Shown piece by piece: positions 50,280 to 60,500 of a stretch of 64,000 nt of DNA. The position numbers and the translations under genes are program-made. The notes beneath the pieces were generated by a model. It was given only the letters and a program-made list of their open reading frames with translations, did not search any database and was not told the origin of the DNA. Position 1 is the stretch's first letter; each line of letters starts with the position of its first letter. The stretch is from contig JAYOYH010000009.1 in NCBI GenBank assembly GCA_038153405.1, positions 1,996-65,995 on the forward strand, given 5' to 3'. Source of the DNA: Gemmatimonadota bacterium. GTDB lineage: Bacteria > Latescibacterota > UBA2968 > UBA8231.

Positions 50280-50978
50280 TTAATCGCGGCCGAGCGGACA
50301 GTCGCTGCAGCGTCGCGTGTCGTCGTCGCAGTGCGCTAGTTCACAGCTTAGCAGGGCATTGACTTGGTTCTGCCAGTGTGGCGGGTAGTTGATAGCGCCC
50401 TCGACGCGAAAATCGCGCACCAGCGCGCGCAGCAGGGCAAAGCGCGTCTTGCGGTCGGCCACCCGTTCGCGCACGCGCCGACGGGCTGCGGCCAGACCGT
50501 CCAGGTAGGTAGCAAAATTTTTATCAAAGAGCTCGGCGAGGTCTTGGCGCAGGCGGCTGGCCAGCGAGGGACTGGTGTTGCTGGTGCTGATGCTCAGGCG
50601 CAAATGGCCGGGATGCACCAGCGCGACCATGCCGAAGGTGCAGTATTCGGGTTGGTCGTAGGAGTTGATGAGTATATTGCGCGCCGAGGCGTTTTCCCAC
50701 ACGCGCCGCGTGAGATCTGGATCGTCGGCTACGGTGTTAATGACTAGGAATACGCCGTCGAGATCGGTATCGGCAAAGGGCTGCGCGCGATGGCAGAGGC
50801 GCTTCTCAGCGGCCCATGTGCTCAGCTGTGGGGTGAGCTGGTCGGCCAGCAGCACAACGCGCGCCCCGGCGTCGAGCAGGCGTCCGGTCTTTTCTTCGGC
50901 CTCGCGTCCGCCGCCCAAGACGAGGCACGGGCGGTCCATGACGTCGAGACCGACTTGAAAGAGTGGGTTGATCTTCAC
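50280..50978 (-). CDS. Precorrin-2 dehydrogenase/sirohydrochlorin ferrochelatase (SirC/Met8/CysG-N family)
   Basis: LVLGGG..A..K...LL.AGA.V, N..D.P..CTF, ISTS..SP.LA..LR. Confidence 0.85.
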   Translation of the reverse strand: MKINPLFQVGLDVMDRPCLVLGGGREAEEKTGRLLDAGARVVLLADQLTPQLSTWAAEKRLCHRAQPFADTDLDGVFLVINTVADDPDLTRRVWENASARNILINSYDQPEYCTFGMVALVHPGHLRLSISTSNTSPSLASRLRQDLAELFDKNFATYLDGLAAARRRVRERVADRKTRFALLRALVRDFRVEGAINYPPHWQNQVNALLSCELAHCDDDTRRCSDCPLGRD

Positions 50979-51454
50979 GGGCCGTGGCCCAGTTGAGCAA
51001 CCAGTTCGGGCAATTGCGGCAGCACTAGCTTTTCCAGAGCTATTTCTATGGCTTGGCCATCGGCTGGTAAGGCAAAGACCAGGCGGCGCTGCTGGACGCC
51101 AGCCGCTGCGCGCGCCAGCATAGCGCGGGGGCCAATGGCTGGAAAGAGTAGGCCGCGCAGCAGCTCGCCAAAGCCGTCTAGTCGGCGATCAAAGAGCTTT
51201 TCGGCCGCATCGCTCGTCGCATCGCGCAGGCCGATGCCGCCGCCGCTGGTGAGAAAAATGGTGCGCACGGAGCTAGACTGGGCGAGCATGGCCAACTCGC
51301 CCTTTATCTGCAGCGAGTCGCTCCGGATCTTGCGCGGAGCACTGCAGGTGTGGCCGGCGGCGCTCAATAATTCGACGATGCGCTCGGCGTTGCCCACGGC
51401 GCGCTCGTCGCGGTCGCCGCCTACGGCGACGACCGCACATCCAATCGCCGCCAT
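50975..51454 (-). CDS. MoaB/MogA-like molybdopterin-binding protein (divergent)
   Basis: TSGGGIG.RD.T..A, LDGFGEL.R, AML.RA.AG, VFALP. Confidence 0.75.
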   Translation of the reverse strand: MAAIGCAVVAVGGDRDERAVGNAERIVELLSAAGHTCSAPRKIRSDSLQIKGELAMLAQSSSVRTIFLTSGGGIGLRDATSDAAEKLFDRRLDGFGELLRGLLFPAIGPRAMLARAAAGVQQRRLVFALPADGQAIEIALEKLVLPQLPELVAQLGHGP

Positions 51455-52362
51455 TACAGCCCTTTGGAAAGCGACAGGTAGTCGGTGCCTTCGCCGGCGC
51501 CTATTTCAATTGGCAGGCCCAGTTCGGCCCAACCCTTTTCGATGACCTGTCCGCTCTGGTCGCGCGCGCCGCCGAAGCCCCCCATTACGTTGGAGACGTC
51601 CGTAAAACCGGCGGCCACCAGCGCTTCGGCCGCTCGCTGTGAACGCCCGCCCATCTGGCATCCTAGCAGGAGTTTGGCGTTGTGTGTAAAGTGCTTTTCT
51701 ACCGTGCGAACAAAGTCGTTGTTGGGAACCATGCCCATCGCTTCTTTGTGCATGATGGGTATATTAAGAGAGTCGGCTGGGTGGGCAGCTTCGTATTCGG
51801 GCATGGAGCGCACATCGATATATACGTAGCCATCGCCGCCGTCGAGCAGTTCCTTGGCCTGGGTGGGGTTAATGGTTTTTACACTCATCGGGTATACCTC
51901 CTGTCGTATAAAAGTACCGTTCGGATCAAATACTGGGCGCTCGCTGCGCCGCTGTTGTTTAAGGTGTTCAAACCAGCAGCGATAAGAACAAAAGTAGTAC
52001 CCTTGTCGCTCGATAAAGTTGCTTTCGTAGGGCTGGGCGCAGGCGTGGCATCGACGCTGTGCTTTGGGCGTCGGCTGGCCGCGGGAGAAGCTGTCGAACA
52101 ATCGATTCAAATAGTAGCCGCCGCGCCAGCCCAAAAGGAGTGCACAGCCGGCCTGTAACAGCGTGTGGCTGAGCAGCGCGCTGCCGACGAGTGCCAACCA
52201 GAAACACAGGCAGTGCGGACAGCTTATGAGCTGGTGTAGAAGGGCCGATCTTTGCTCTACGCTGTTGCGCAGTCCGGCCAGTATGGGAGAACGCCGTATA
52301 AAACGGCTCCCAAAGGCCGAGAAGGCCACGTTGGCCGTTAGTATGTAGAGCAGCGATTCCAC
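51454..52362 (-). CDS. Fusion protein: CxxC membrane domain + TRASH/YHS-like Cys finger + rhodanese
   Basis: SCPHCLCFW within a hydrophobic region; CHAC...FCSYRC; IDVR..EY...HP and LGCQMGGRS. Confidence 0.75.
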   Translation of the reverse strand: MESLLYILTANVAFSAFGSRFIRRSPILAGLRNSVEQRSALLHQLISCPHCLCFWLALVGSALLSHTLLQAGCALLLGWRGGYYLNRLFDSFSRGQPTPKAQRRCHACAQPYESNFIERQGYYFCSYRCWFEHLKQQRRSERPVFDPNGTFIRQEVYPMSVKTINPTQAKELLDGGDGYVYIDVRSMPEYEAAHPADSLNIPIMHKEAMGMVPNNDFVRTVEKHFTHNAKLLLGCQMGGRSQRAAEALVAAGFTDVSNVMGGFGGARDQSGQVIEKGWAELGLPIEIGAGEGTDYLSLSKGL

Positions 52363-52442
52363 TTGACAGTGCGTAGCGAGTAGGGCTCTTTTCGTCTATA
52401 TGATAATAGACTATTGGATATGCATAATAATACGAACACTGC

Positions 52443-53651
52443 ATGCGTAGTGTAAAGCGAATAGGGTGTGCGATGGGATGTATTTGCTCGGCTAGTCGGC
52501 TGCGCGTTGCACTGGTTGTTGGGGCGTTGGCGCTATGGTCCTGTCAGAGCGAAGAGCCGGTTGAAGGAGAGAAAGACGGCGGCATCGCGGAGGGGGCAGC
52601 AACCGATAGCACGGCGGTCGACAGCGCTGCTACAGAGAAGGCCGTCGACGCCGTCCCCGTGGAGGTTGCTCGCGCGCGTATAGGATCCATCTCCTCTTAT
52701 CTGTTGTTCAATTCGACGATCGAGACCGAAGAGGCGGTGCAGGTATTTCCGCAGATCAGTGGGTTGGTAGAGCAGGTGGCTGCCGAAGAGGGTGATCGCG
52801 TCCAAGCTGGCGATACGCTGCTCTACATCGAGGACGACCAACTGGGTATTGCCTACCAGGAAGCAAAAGTCAATTTTGAATTTCAAGAGGTCAATTTTCG
52901 CCGCAACGAGGCGATGTTCGAGCGAAAATTGATCAGCGATCAGGACTACGAGACAAAGCGTTTTGAATTGGAACAAGCGCGCCTGCGCTACGATCGTGCG
53001 CGCCTCGATTTAGATCACTCCATTGTGGTTGCGCCCTTTTCCGGTGTGATAACGGAGCGCCACGTGCAGGTCGGTGCGCGCGTCAGTTCGGGCATGCAGC
53101 TTTTCGACCTGATAAAGCTGGACGATATGATCGCCCGCGTATTCGTACCCGGACAGTACCTGATGAGCGTGAAGCGAGATCAGGTCGCTACTATTGCCTC
53201 CGACTTTTTGCCCAATCAAGAGTTCAGTGGTTGGGTCAAGCGCATTAGTCCTATCGTCGACCCTAGGAGCGGCACCTTTAAAGTTACGGTGGGGGTGCGC
53301 GATCGTTTTGAGGCGCTGCGACCAGGCATCTTTGTCAGCGTGCGCATCGTCACCGACACGCACGAGGCGGCCGTCCTCGTGCCCAAGGAGGCCATTGTTT
53401 ACGACGGCGGCGAGCAATATCTATTTGCCGTGCGCGACACTGTGGCCCAGCGCATTCTACTGGAACCCGGCTACGAGAACCTCGACAGCGTGGAGGCGAT
53501 GTCCGGTATAGAAGCTGGCGAGCGCATTATCACCGTCGGTCAGAACGGGTTGAAGGATGGAGCGCGCGTGCGCATAATTGAAAACGAAGAAGCCGAGTCG
53601 CACATATCCACAGAAGCGCGATCCGACAGCGCAGACGGCCTTCGGGACTAG
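52443..53651 (+). CDS. RND efflux periplasmic adaptor (MFP), probable lipoprotein
   Basis: LWSC lipobox-like motif, EGDRVQAGDTL, APFSGVI, ISP.VD..SGT, VPKEAI. Start uncertain (52443 or 52473). Confidence 0.92.
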   Translation: MRSVKRIGCAMGCICSASRLRVALVVGALALWSCQSEEPVEGEKDGGIAEGAATDSTAVDSAATEKAVDAVPVEVARARIGSISSYLLFNSTIETEEAVQVFPQISGLVEQVAAEEGDRVQAGDTLLYIEDDQLGIAYQEAKVNFEFQEVNFRRNEAMFERKLISDQDYETKRFELEQARLRYDRARLDLDHSIVVAPFSGVITERHVQVGARVSSGMQLFDLIKLDDMIARVFVPGQYLMSVKRDQVATIASDFLPNQEFSGWVKRISPIVDPRSGTFKVTVGVRDRFEALRPGIFVSVRIVTDTHEAAVLVPKEAIVYDGGEQYLFAVRDTVAQRILLEPGYENLDSVEAMSGIEAGERIITVGQNGLKDGARVRIIENEEAESHISTEARSDSADGLRD

Positions 53652-53660
53652 CTGCGCGCA

Positions 53661-56600
53661 ATGGGACTATCGGCCGATTCCAACCCAGCGCCCCAGTCGG
53701 GCTTTGCCATAACTACGCGTCGTCCCGTGGCCATTCTCATGGTGGTAATGGCCATTTGCGTTTTTGGTTGGGTCTCCTACCAGCGTCTTTCGCTCAATTT
53801 GATGCCGGATATCTCCTATCCTACGCTCACCGTGCGCACCGAATATCCGGGCACGGCACCGGAGGAAGTGGAGATGCTGCTCTCGCGCCCGCTAGAGCAG
53901 GAAGTGGGCATCGTGCCGCACCTGGTCAATATGAGCTCCATTTCCAAGGCCGGTCAGTCGGATATCATACTCGAGTTCGAGTGGGATACCGATATGAACG
54001 TCATCTCTCAGGAAGTGCGCGAGAAAGTCGACCGCGTGTTTTTACCCCAGGGCGCGGAAAAGCCCCTCCTGCTGCGCTACGATCCATCCCTCGACCCCAT
54101 ACTGCGCGTAGGTTTACATGGACCACAGGATCTCTTCGTGCTGCGTTATATAGCCGAGCACGAGATCAAGCGCGAGTTGGAGGCACTGACGGGCGTGGCC
54201 GCCGTCAAGGTCAAGGGCGGACTTGAGGAAGAGATACACGTCGAGCTCAACGAGCGCCAAATCGCCATTATGGGGTTGGACATTGCTCAAATCAATAGTC
54301 GACTGGCGCAGAACAACGTCAACCTGCCCGGCGGGAACCTGCGCGAAGGACAGGTCGAATACTTGGTGCGCACGCTCAACGAATTTCGCACCCTCGAAGA
54401 AATTGGCGAATTGGTAGTGGCCCGCGAGGCCGGCGCCGACGTCTATCTGCGCGACATTGCCCGCGTTTATCGCTCGCACAAGGACCGCGAAATTATTACG
54501 CGAGTCAACGGCGGCGAAAGCGTCGAAATCGAGATATACAAAGAAGCCGATGCCAATATTGTCGCTGTGGCCGAGCGCGTGCGCGCCGTGCTATACGGCT
54601 TGCCCTTACAGCAGGCCTACGTCGAGGAACTGAAAAAGGAAGGAGAGCAGCCCGGTGAAGCAGAAGGCGCATCGGGCATGGCGGAAAAGGAAGACAAAGA
54701 GCGCGGCGAAGAGAGTGAAGAGAGCGGCGAAGAGGGGGTTGAACGTCGCCGCATGGAGGCGGCACAAAAGGCGATGAATCACTTGACGATGACCGACTTC
54801 ATCAGCTATCGCCTACCGCAGGGTGCGCGCTTAGAGATTCTTTCAGACCAGTCGACATTTATCAAGAATTCGATCGACGAGGTGCAAAACAGCGCGCTGA
54901 TCGGCGGTGGGTTTGCCGTATTGATTCTCTTTGTGTTTTTGCGCAACGTCGTCCATACGCTGATTATCGGCCTGACCATTCCGGTGTCGATCATCGCGAC
55001 CTTTGCACCGATGTTCATCTTTGACGTGTCCATGAACATCATGTCGCTGGGCGGTCTGGCGCTGGGAGTGGGCATGTTAGTCGATAACTCGATCGTCGTG
55101 CTCGAGAGCATATTCCGCTGTCGAGAAGAGGGCGACGATATCGTGCGCGCCACCGTGCGCGGCACCACCGAAGTGGGTACGGCTGTCTTTGCGTCGACGC
55201 TGACGACGATCACGGTGTTTTTTCCCATCGTCTTTGTCGAAGGAGTCGCCGGACAGGTCTTTGGCGATATGGGCCTCACGGTTGTATTCTCGCTGCTGGC
55301 TTCGCTTGGCGTCGCGCTCTTTTTTATTCCGATGCTGGCTTCTCGCCAGGTACACAGCGACGGCGATGGCGCGTTGATGCAGCTCGTCCGCAGCGATTTT
55401 CTGCGCATGGAAGCTATGCAGCGCGCACGCGCTGCGCTGAATGATGGCGACCGACCGATGCCCGTTCGCCTGCTGCGCGGAGCGCTGTCGCTGCCCTACC
55501 TCGTCTTTGAAACGCTGCTGCGCGTCGGGCTGGCTGCCGCCGCATTGGTAGCGGCCGTGCTGAAAGCGGTCGCTCTGCTGCTGTTTTACTTGCTCTATCC
55601 GCTGGTCTACCTGACCGAACTGTTGGTCAAGCTACCTCGGCCCATCGAGCAGATAGTGCGCACCTGGTCCGCATCGAGTCGCGTCGGCCGCTTAGACTTC
55701 TTTGAGCGTCTGTGGCCGGGTATACTCGCCTACGGCGGTCCTCAGCACCTGTGTGGAAGTATGGCGCTCTACGCCCAGTGGGTGCAGCAGTCGCTCGGTA
55801 ATGTATCAAAGGTACTCAAGTGCATTCTTGCCCCTCTAGTGCTGGTCTATCTAGTCGTGCGTTTTGTTCTGGCCATGGTCCTGCGCCTGTTGGGCATTGT
55901 ATTGCATGTGGCCATTATGCTTGTCGGCCTGCTGCTCGTCGTCCTGCTCTTTCTGTTGGGCCTGCTGCTCATGCCGTTATTTGCGCCCGTGCTCTTTACT
56001 TTTGAAAAAGGCTTTGGCCTAGTGCAGGTCGCCTATCCCAGAATGCTGAGCGTGGCGTTGCGCAACAGCGTGGGAGTCGTCGCCATTGCGGTCGCGGCGC
56101 TGGTCTTTTGCTGGCAGTACCTGCTACCTCAGTTGGGTCAGGAGCTCATACCGCAGGTGCACCAGGGCGAGTTCAACCTAGACGTCGCCCTGCCCGTTGG
56201 CACGCCGTTGGAAAGGACGGCATCTGTCGTCGGTCGCATGGAGGTGGTTGCCTCGCGCCAGCCCGAAGTCGAGCGCATGTCTTCTACTATTGGCACCGAC
56301 CAGTCGGCTAATAGCGCTTCCGACGAGGGCGAGAATACGGCCAAGATAACGCTTAAGCTAGTGGATGGATCGACAGCCACTCAGGAAGACGCCCTCATTG
56401 CTCGCCTGCGCGATCTACTTTCCGATATTCCAGAAGTCGAATTGGAGATATCGCATCCATCGCTATTTAGTTTCAAAACCCCTATCGAAGTTGAGGTGCG
56501 CGGAAACGACCTGCGCGAGCTGCGCCGACTCAGCAAAGACGTCGAGGCGCGTCTGGCCCAAATCGAGGGATTGGTCGACGTGCGCTCTTCGCTGCAGGTG

Positions 56601-57536
56601 GGCAATCCGGAGTTGCAGATCAGCTACAGGCGCGACCGCTTGGCCAACTACGGACTGCGCCTGCGCGACGTGGCCGAATTGGTGCGCAACAAAGTGCAGG
56701 GGCGCGTGGTGACCGATTTTCGCGAAGAAGAGCGGCAGATCGACGTGCTAGTGCGCCTGCGCGAGGAAGACCGACTCGGCTTGGCTGAGCTCGAACGCAT
56801 CGTAGTAAACCCAGGTGCCGCTGTGCCCATTCCTCTGTCGGCTGTCGCCGATATACGCATTGACGAGGGACCGAGCGAAATTCGCCGCATCGATCAGCAG
56901 CGCGCCGCACTGGTTACAGCCAATATTCAGAACACCGATTTGGGCACGGCTTCCGGGCGCATCTATACGGCACTGCGCCAAATGCGTTTTCCAACGGGGT
57001 TTGACTTCCTGATTAGCGGTCAGAACGAGGAAATGGAAACCTCGCTCAACAGCCTCTACTTTGCGCTGGCGCTGGCTATTTTTCTCGTCTATATCGTCAT
57101 GGCCTCGCAGTTTGAATCGCTGGTGCACCCGTTCGTGATCATGTTCACCGTGCCGCTGGCCCTCATCGGCGTGCTGACGGTGCTCTACCTCGTGCAGGTG
57201 CCGCTGAGCATCGTGGTATTTATCGGCCTTATCATGCTGGCCGGTATTGTCGTTAACAACGCTATTGTTCTGGTCGACTACATCAATACGCTGCGCCGTT
57301 CCGGTATGGAAAAAGTGGAGGCAATCGTGCGCGCCGGCAGCGTGCGCCTGCGTCCCATTCTAATGACGACCTCGACGACGGTGCTCGGCCTGTTGCCCAT
57401 GGCGTTGGGGCTGGGCGAGGGAGCCGAGATCCGCACGCCGATGGCCCTGACGGTAATCGCCGGCCTGACCAGTTCCACCGTGCTTACGCTGATCGTCATT
57501 CCCACCGTCTACGCGCTGGTCGATCGCGGGGAATAG
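53661..57536 (+). CDS. RND (AcrB/AcrD/AcrF family) permease, extended to 1291 aa
   Basis: RRPV, YPGTAPEEVE, GMLVDNSIVVLE, GIVVNNAIVLVD, RLRPILMT. Confidence 0.95.
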   Translation: MGLSADSNPAPQSGFAITTRRPVAILMVVMAICVFGWVSYQRLSLNLMPDISYPTLTVRTEYPGTAPEEVEMLLSRPLEQEVGIVPHLVNMSSISKAGQSDIILEFEWDTDMNVISQEVREKVDRVFLPQGAEKPLLLRYDPSLDPILRVGLHGPQDLFVLRYIAEHEIKRELEALTGVAAVKVKGGLEEEIHVELNERQIAIMGLDIAQINSRLAQNNVNLPGGNLREGQVEYLVRTLNEFRTLEEIGELVVAREAGADVYLRDIARVYRSHKDREIITRVNGGESVEIEIYKEADANIVAVAERVRAVLYGLPLQQAYVEELKKEGEQPGEAEGASGMAEKEDKERGEESEESGEEGVERRRMEAAQKAMNHLTMTDFISYRLPQGARLEILSDQSTFIKNSIDEVQNSALIGGGFAVLILFVFLRNVVHTLIIGLTIPVSIIATFAPMFIFDVSMNIMSLGGLALGVGMLVDNSIVVLESIFRCREEGDDIVRATVRGTTEVGTAVFASTLTTITVFFPIVFVEGVAGQVFGDMGLTVVFSLLASLGVALFFIPMLASRQVHSDGDGALMQLVRSDFLRMEAMQRARAALNDGDRPMPVRLLRGALSLPYLVFETLLRVGLAAAALVAAVLKAVALLLFYLLYPLVYLTELLVKLPRPIEQIVRTWSASSRVGRLDFFERLWPGILAYGGPQHLCGSMALYAQWVQQSLGNVSKVLKCILAPLVLVYLVVRFVLAMVLRLLGIVLHVAIMLVGLLLVVLLFLLGLLLMPLFAPVLFTFEKGFGLVQVAYPRMLSVALRNSVGVVAIAVAALVFCWQYLLPQLGQELIPQVHQGEFNLDVALPVGTPLERTASVVGRMEVVASRQPEVERMSSTIGTDQSANSASDEGENTAKITLKLVDGSTATQEDALIARLRDLLSDIPEVELEISHPSLFSFKTPIEVEVRGNDLRELRRLSKDVEARLAQIEGLVDVRSSLQVGNPELQISYRRDRLANYGLRLRDVAELVRNKVQGRVVTDFREEERQIDVLVRLREEDRLGLAELERIVVNPGAAVPIPLSAVADIRIDEGPSEIRRIDQQRAALVTANIQNTDLGTASGRIYTALRQMRFPTGFDFLISGQNEEMETSLNSLYFALALAIFLVYIVMASQFESLVHPFVIMFTVPLALIGVLTVLYLVQVPLSIVVFIGLIMLAGIVVNNAIVLVDYINTLRRSGMEKVEAIVRAGSVRLRPILMTTSTTVLGLLPMALGLGEGAEIRTPMALTVIAGLTSSTVLTLIVIPTVYALVDRGE

Positions 57537-57546
57537 GAGAAAGGCA

Positions 57547-60500
57547 ATGGACAACGAGCGCCAATACCCGCTGCCGCGCTTTTCGGTCAACCGCCCGGTT
57601 ACCGTCGCCATGATCTTGGTGGCGCTGCTGGTCGTCGGTGCCATCGCCTACACGCGCATTCCTCTGACCCTCTTTCCCGAAGGCATGGAGTATCCGCGCC
57701 TTTTTGCTTGGGCACCCTATCCCAACGCCGGCGCGATCGAAGTCGAAAAAAAAGTCGTGCGCCTGATGGAAGAAGCCGTGGCGCAGGTCAGCAGCGTCAA
57801 GCGCATCCAGTCCGGAGCCAACAGGGGCAATGGCTACGTCAATGTCGAGTTTCAGAAGGGTACGGATCTGCAGGTGGCCTTTGCCGAGATGAAAGATCGC
57901 CTCGATCGCATCATGCCGGAACTGCCCGACGAAATCGAGCAGATGTGGGTGCGGCGCTGGGACCAGAGCGACATACCTATTCTCGCCGGCGCCATCGCCT
58001 TTCCGCCCGGAACGGTCGACCCGCGCTTTTTGCTCGACACCTATATAGAGCCCGCCTTTCGCCGCATCGACGGCGTCGGCAATGTCGAACTATGGGGCAC
58101 GCCGGGCAAGCAAGTGCTCGTCGAGGTCGACCAGAACAAGCTGCGCAGCCACGGGGTCAATATGTTTCAAACGGTCAACGATCTGCGCAGTCAGAATCTA
58201 ACGGTGCCCGGCGGCTGGATTATTGAAGGTGGCAAGAAAATCTACCTGCGCTCGATGGGGCGTTATAGCACGATTGACGAGCTGCGCGAAACGGTCATTG
58301 ATCCACAGCACCAGCTCAGCTTGGGCGATATCGCTTCGGTGTCGTACAAGCCGCCGCGCAAGGACTGGGCGAACCGAATCAACGGTCAGGAGTCGATGGG
58401 GTTTGAGATCGTTCGCGCCGCCGAGGCCAATATCGTGCACATTTCGCGCGAGGTCGAAGCCACGCTGAAAAAACTAGAGCAGCATCCCCAGCTGCAGGGT
58501 ATAGAGTACGTGATCTTTTGGGACCAAGGCGATCACGTAACATCGTCGGTCTACAACCTGCAAAACTCGGGGTTGTGGGGTGGGCTGTTTGCCGCGCTCG
58601 TACTCTTTTTTTTCCTGCGCGCCGTGCGCATGACGTTGATCATCACGCTGGCGATTCCGCTGTGTATTCTCGTTACGATCACGGTTCTCTACTTTGCCGG
58701 CTGGTCGCTCAATATGGCGACGATGATGGGGCTTATGCTGAGTCTGGGCCTAGTCGTCGACAATGCCATCGTCATTGTCGAAAATATTTTCCGCATGCGC
58801 CAGAACGGCGTCGATCCGCGCCGAGCGTCGATTGAAGGAGCCGGTGAAGTGGGACTGGCCGTCACCATGGCCACGCTGACGACGGTGGTGGTTTTCCTGC
58901 CGCTCATTCTGATGGGTTCCGACGACAATATGGCTTTTTGGATGCTGCGGATTGGCATACCCGTTATCGTCGGTCTCGTCGCATCGCTGCTCATTGCTCT
59001 ACTCATTATACCCCTGGCGGCGCTGAAAATGGGCGCGGCCAAGGAGCGCGGGGATCTGGCCGCCATAGTGTGGATGCGCCGTCGCTACGAAGGCGCGCTG
59101 CGCTGGGTTCTAACCCATCGCCTCGACGCGTTTATTCTGGTCGCTCTAGCCGTCGCTAGCATGAAAATCCCCATGGACGGCCTGAAGAAAACCGACCAAA
59201 ACGATCGCGACGAGACGCGTATGGACCTGGCGTTTGATATGCCGTCGGGACAGGGCTTGGAGCAGGCCGAAGCCTTTATGATTGCCGTTGAGGATACGCT
59301 GGTCGCGCACGCGGAGCAATACAACATTGAGAATGTGCGCACTTATGTGCGCGCAGGCCAAGGTCGCATATCGATGTTTCTCAAGGAAGAGAAAGATCTC
59401 GATTGGTATTCGGTGGCTTGGGATGACTTGCTGAAGAGCGTTGGCCTGCGCGAGCAAACCCATCTCAACTACAAAGAGATGGAAGAGGATATTCGCAAGC
59501 GCTTAGTGGTGCCCGCTGGCACATCGCTGCGCATCAATTGGGAGAACGCGCAGCAGGATGCCGCTGTCAACGTCACGCTCTACGGAGAGGATACGCACGT
59601 GCTGATGGGGCTGGCCCTAGAGGTGGAGCGGCGCTTGGAAAATATCCCCGGCCTGCTGTCGGTCGACACCGATATGGACCGCGGCGGCACCGAACTCCAG
59701 CTGCGTCTTGACCGCGGTCAGCTACAGCGATTGGGCGTTAGTGCCCAAGTGGTATCGGGCAATATAGCCTATGCACTGCGCGGGCATAATATCAATAAGT
59801 TCCACACCGAAGACGGGCGCGAGGTGGATATACAGGTGCAGTTAGAGGAGTTTGATCGCAAGAATATGCAGGACCTGCGCGCCATTACCTTTCCCACCGA
59901 GGACGGACGCGAGGTGCCGCTCGAGTCGCTGGCCGATATCTACGTAGAGCGCACGCTGGGCGGCATCCGCCGCGACGATCGCCAGACGGTGCTCAACGTC
60001 GTCGCCCGCGCCAACAAAGACGACGCTCAGGCGCTCTTTGGCCAAGTCGACTTGGCGATGCGGGGTTTTGAAATGCCGCGCGGCTATCGCTGGGATAAAG
60101 GCGACCGCTACGTGCGGCTCGAGGAACAGGATAGTTCTATGAAGTTTGCCGTCATCATGTCGGTGACGTTTGTATTTTTGCTCATGGGCGTTCTCTTTGA
60201 GTCGTTCGTGCTGCCCCTTTCTGTCATCATATCGATTCCCTTTTCGTTTCTCGGCGTCTATTGGACGCTCTATCTGACGAATACGCCGCAGGACATTATG
60301 TCGGTTATCGGCATGGTCATCCTCATCGGCGTCGTCGTCAACAACGCCATTGTGCTGATCGACTTGGCCAACCGACTGCGCGACGGGGGCATGGAGCGCA
60401 CGGAGGCGCTAATGGAGGCGGGCATGCACCGCTTTCGACCCATTTTAATGACGACGTTTACCACGGCGTTTGGTCTGATTCCGATGGCCGTAGGCAATTC

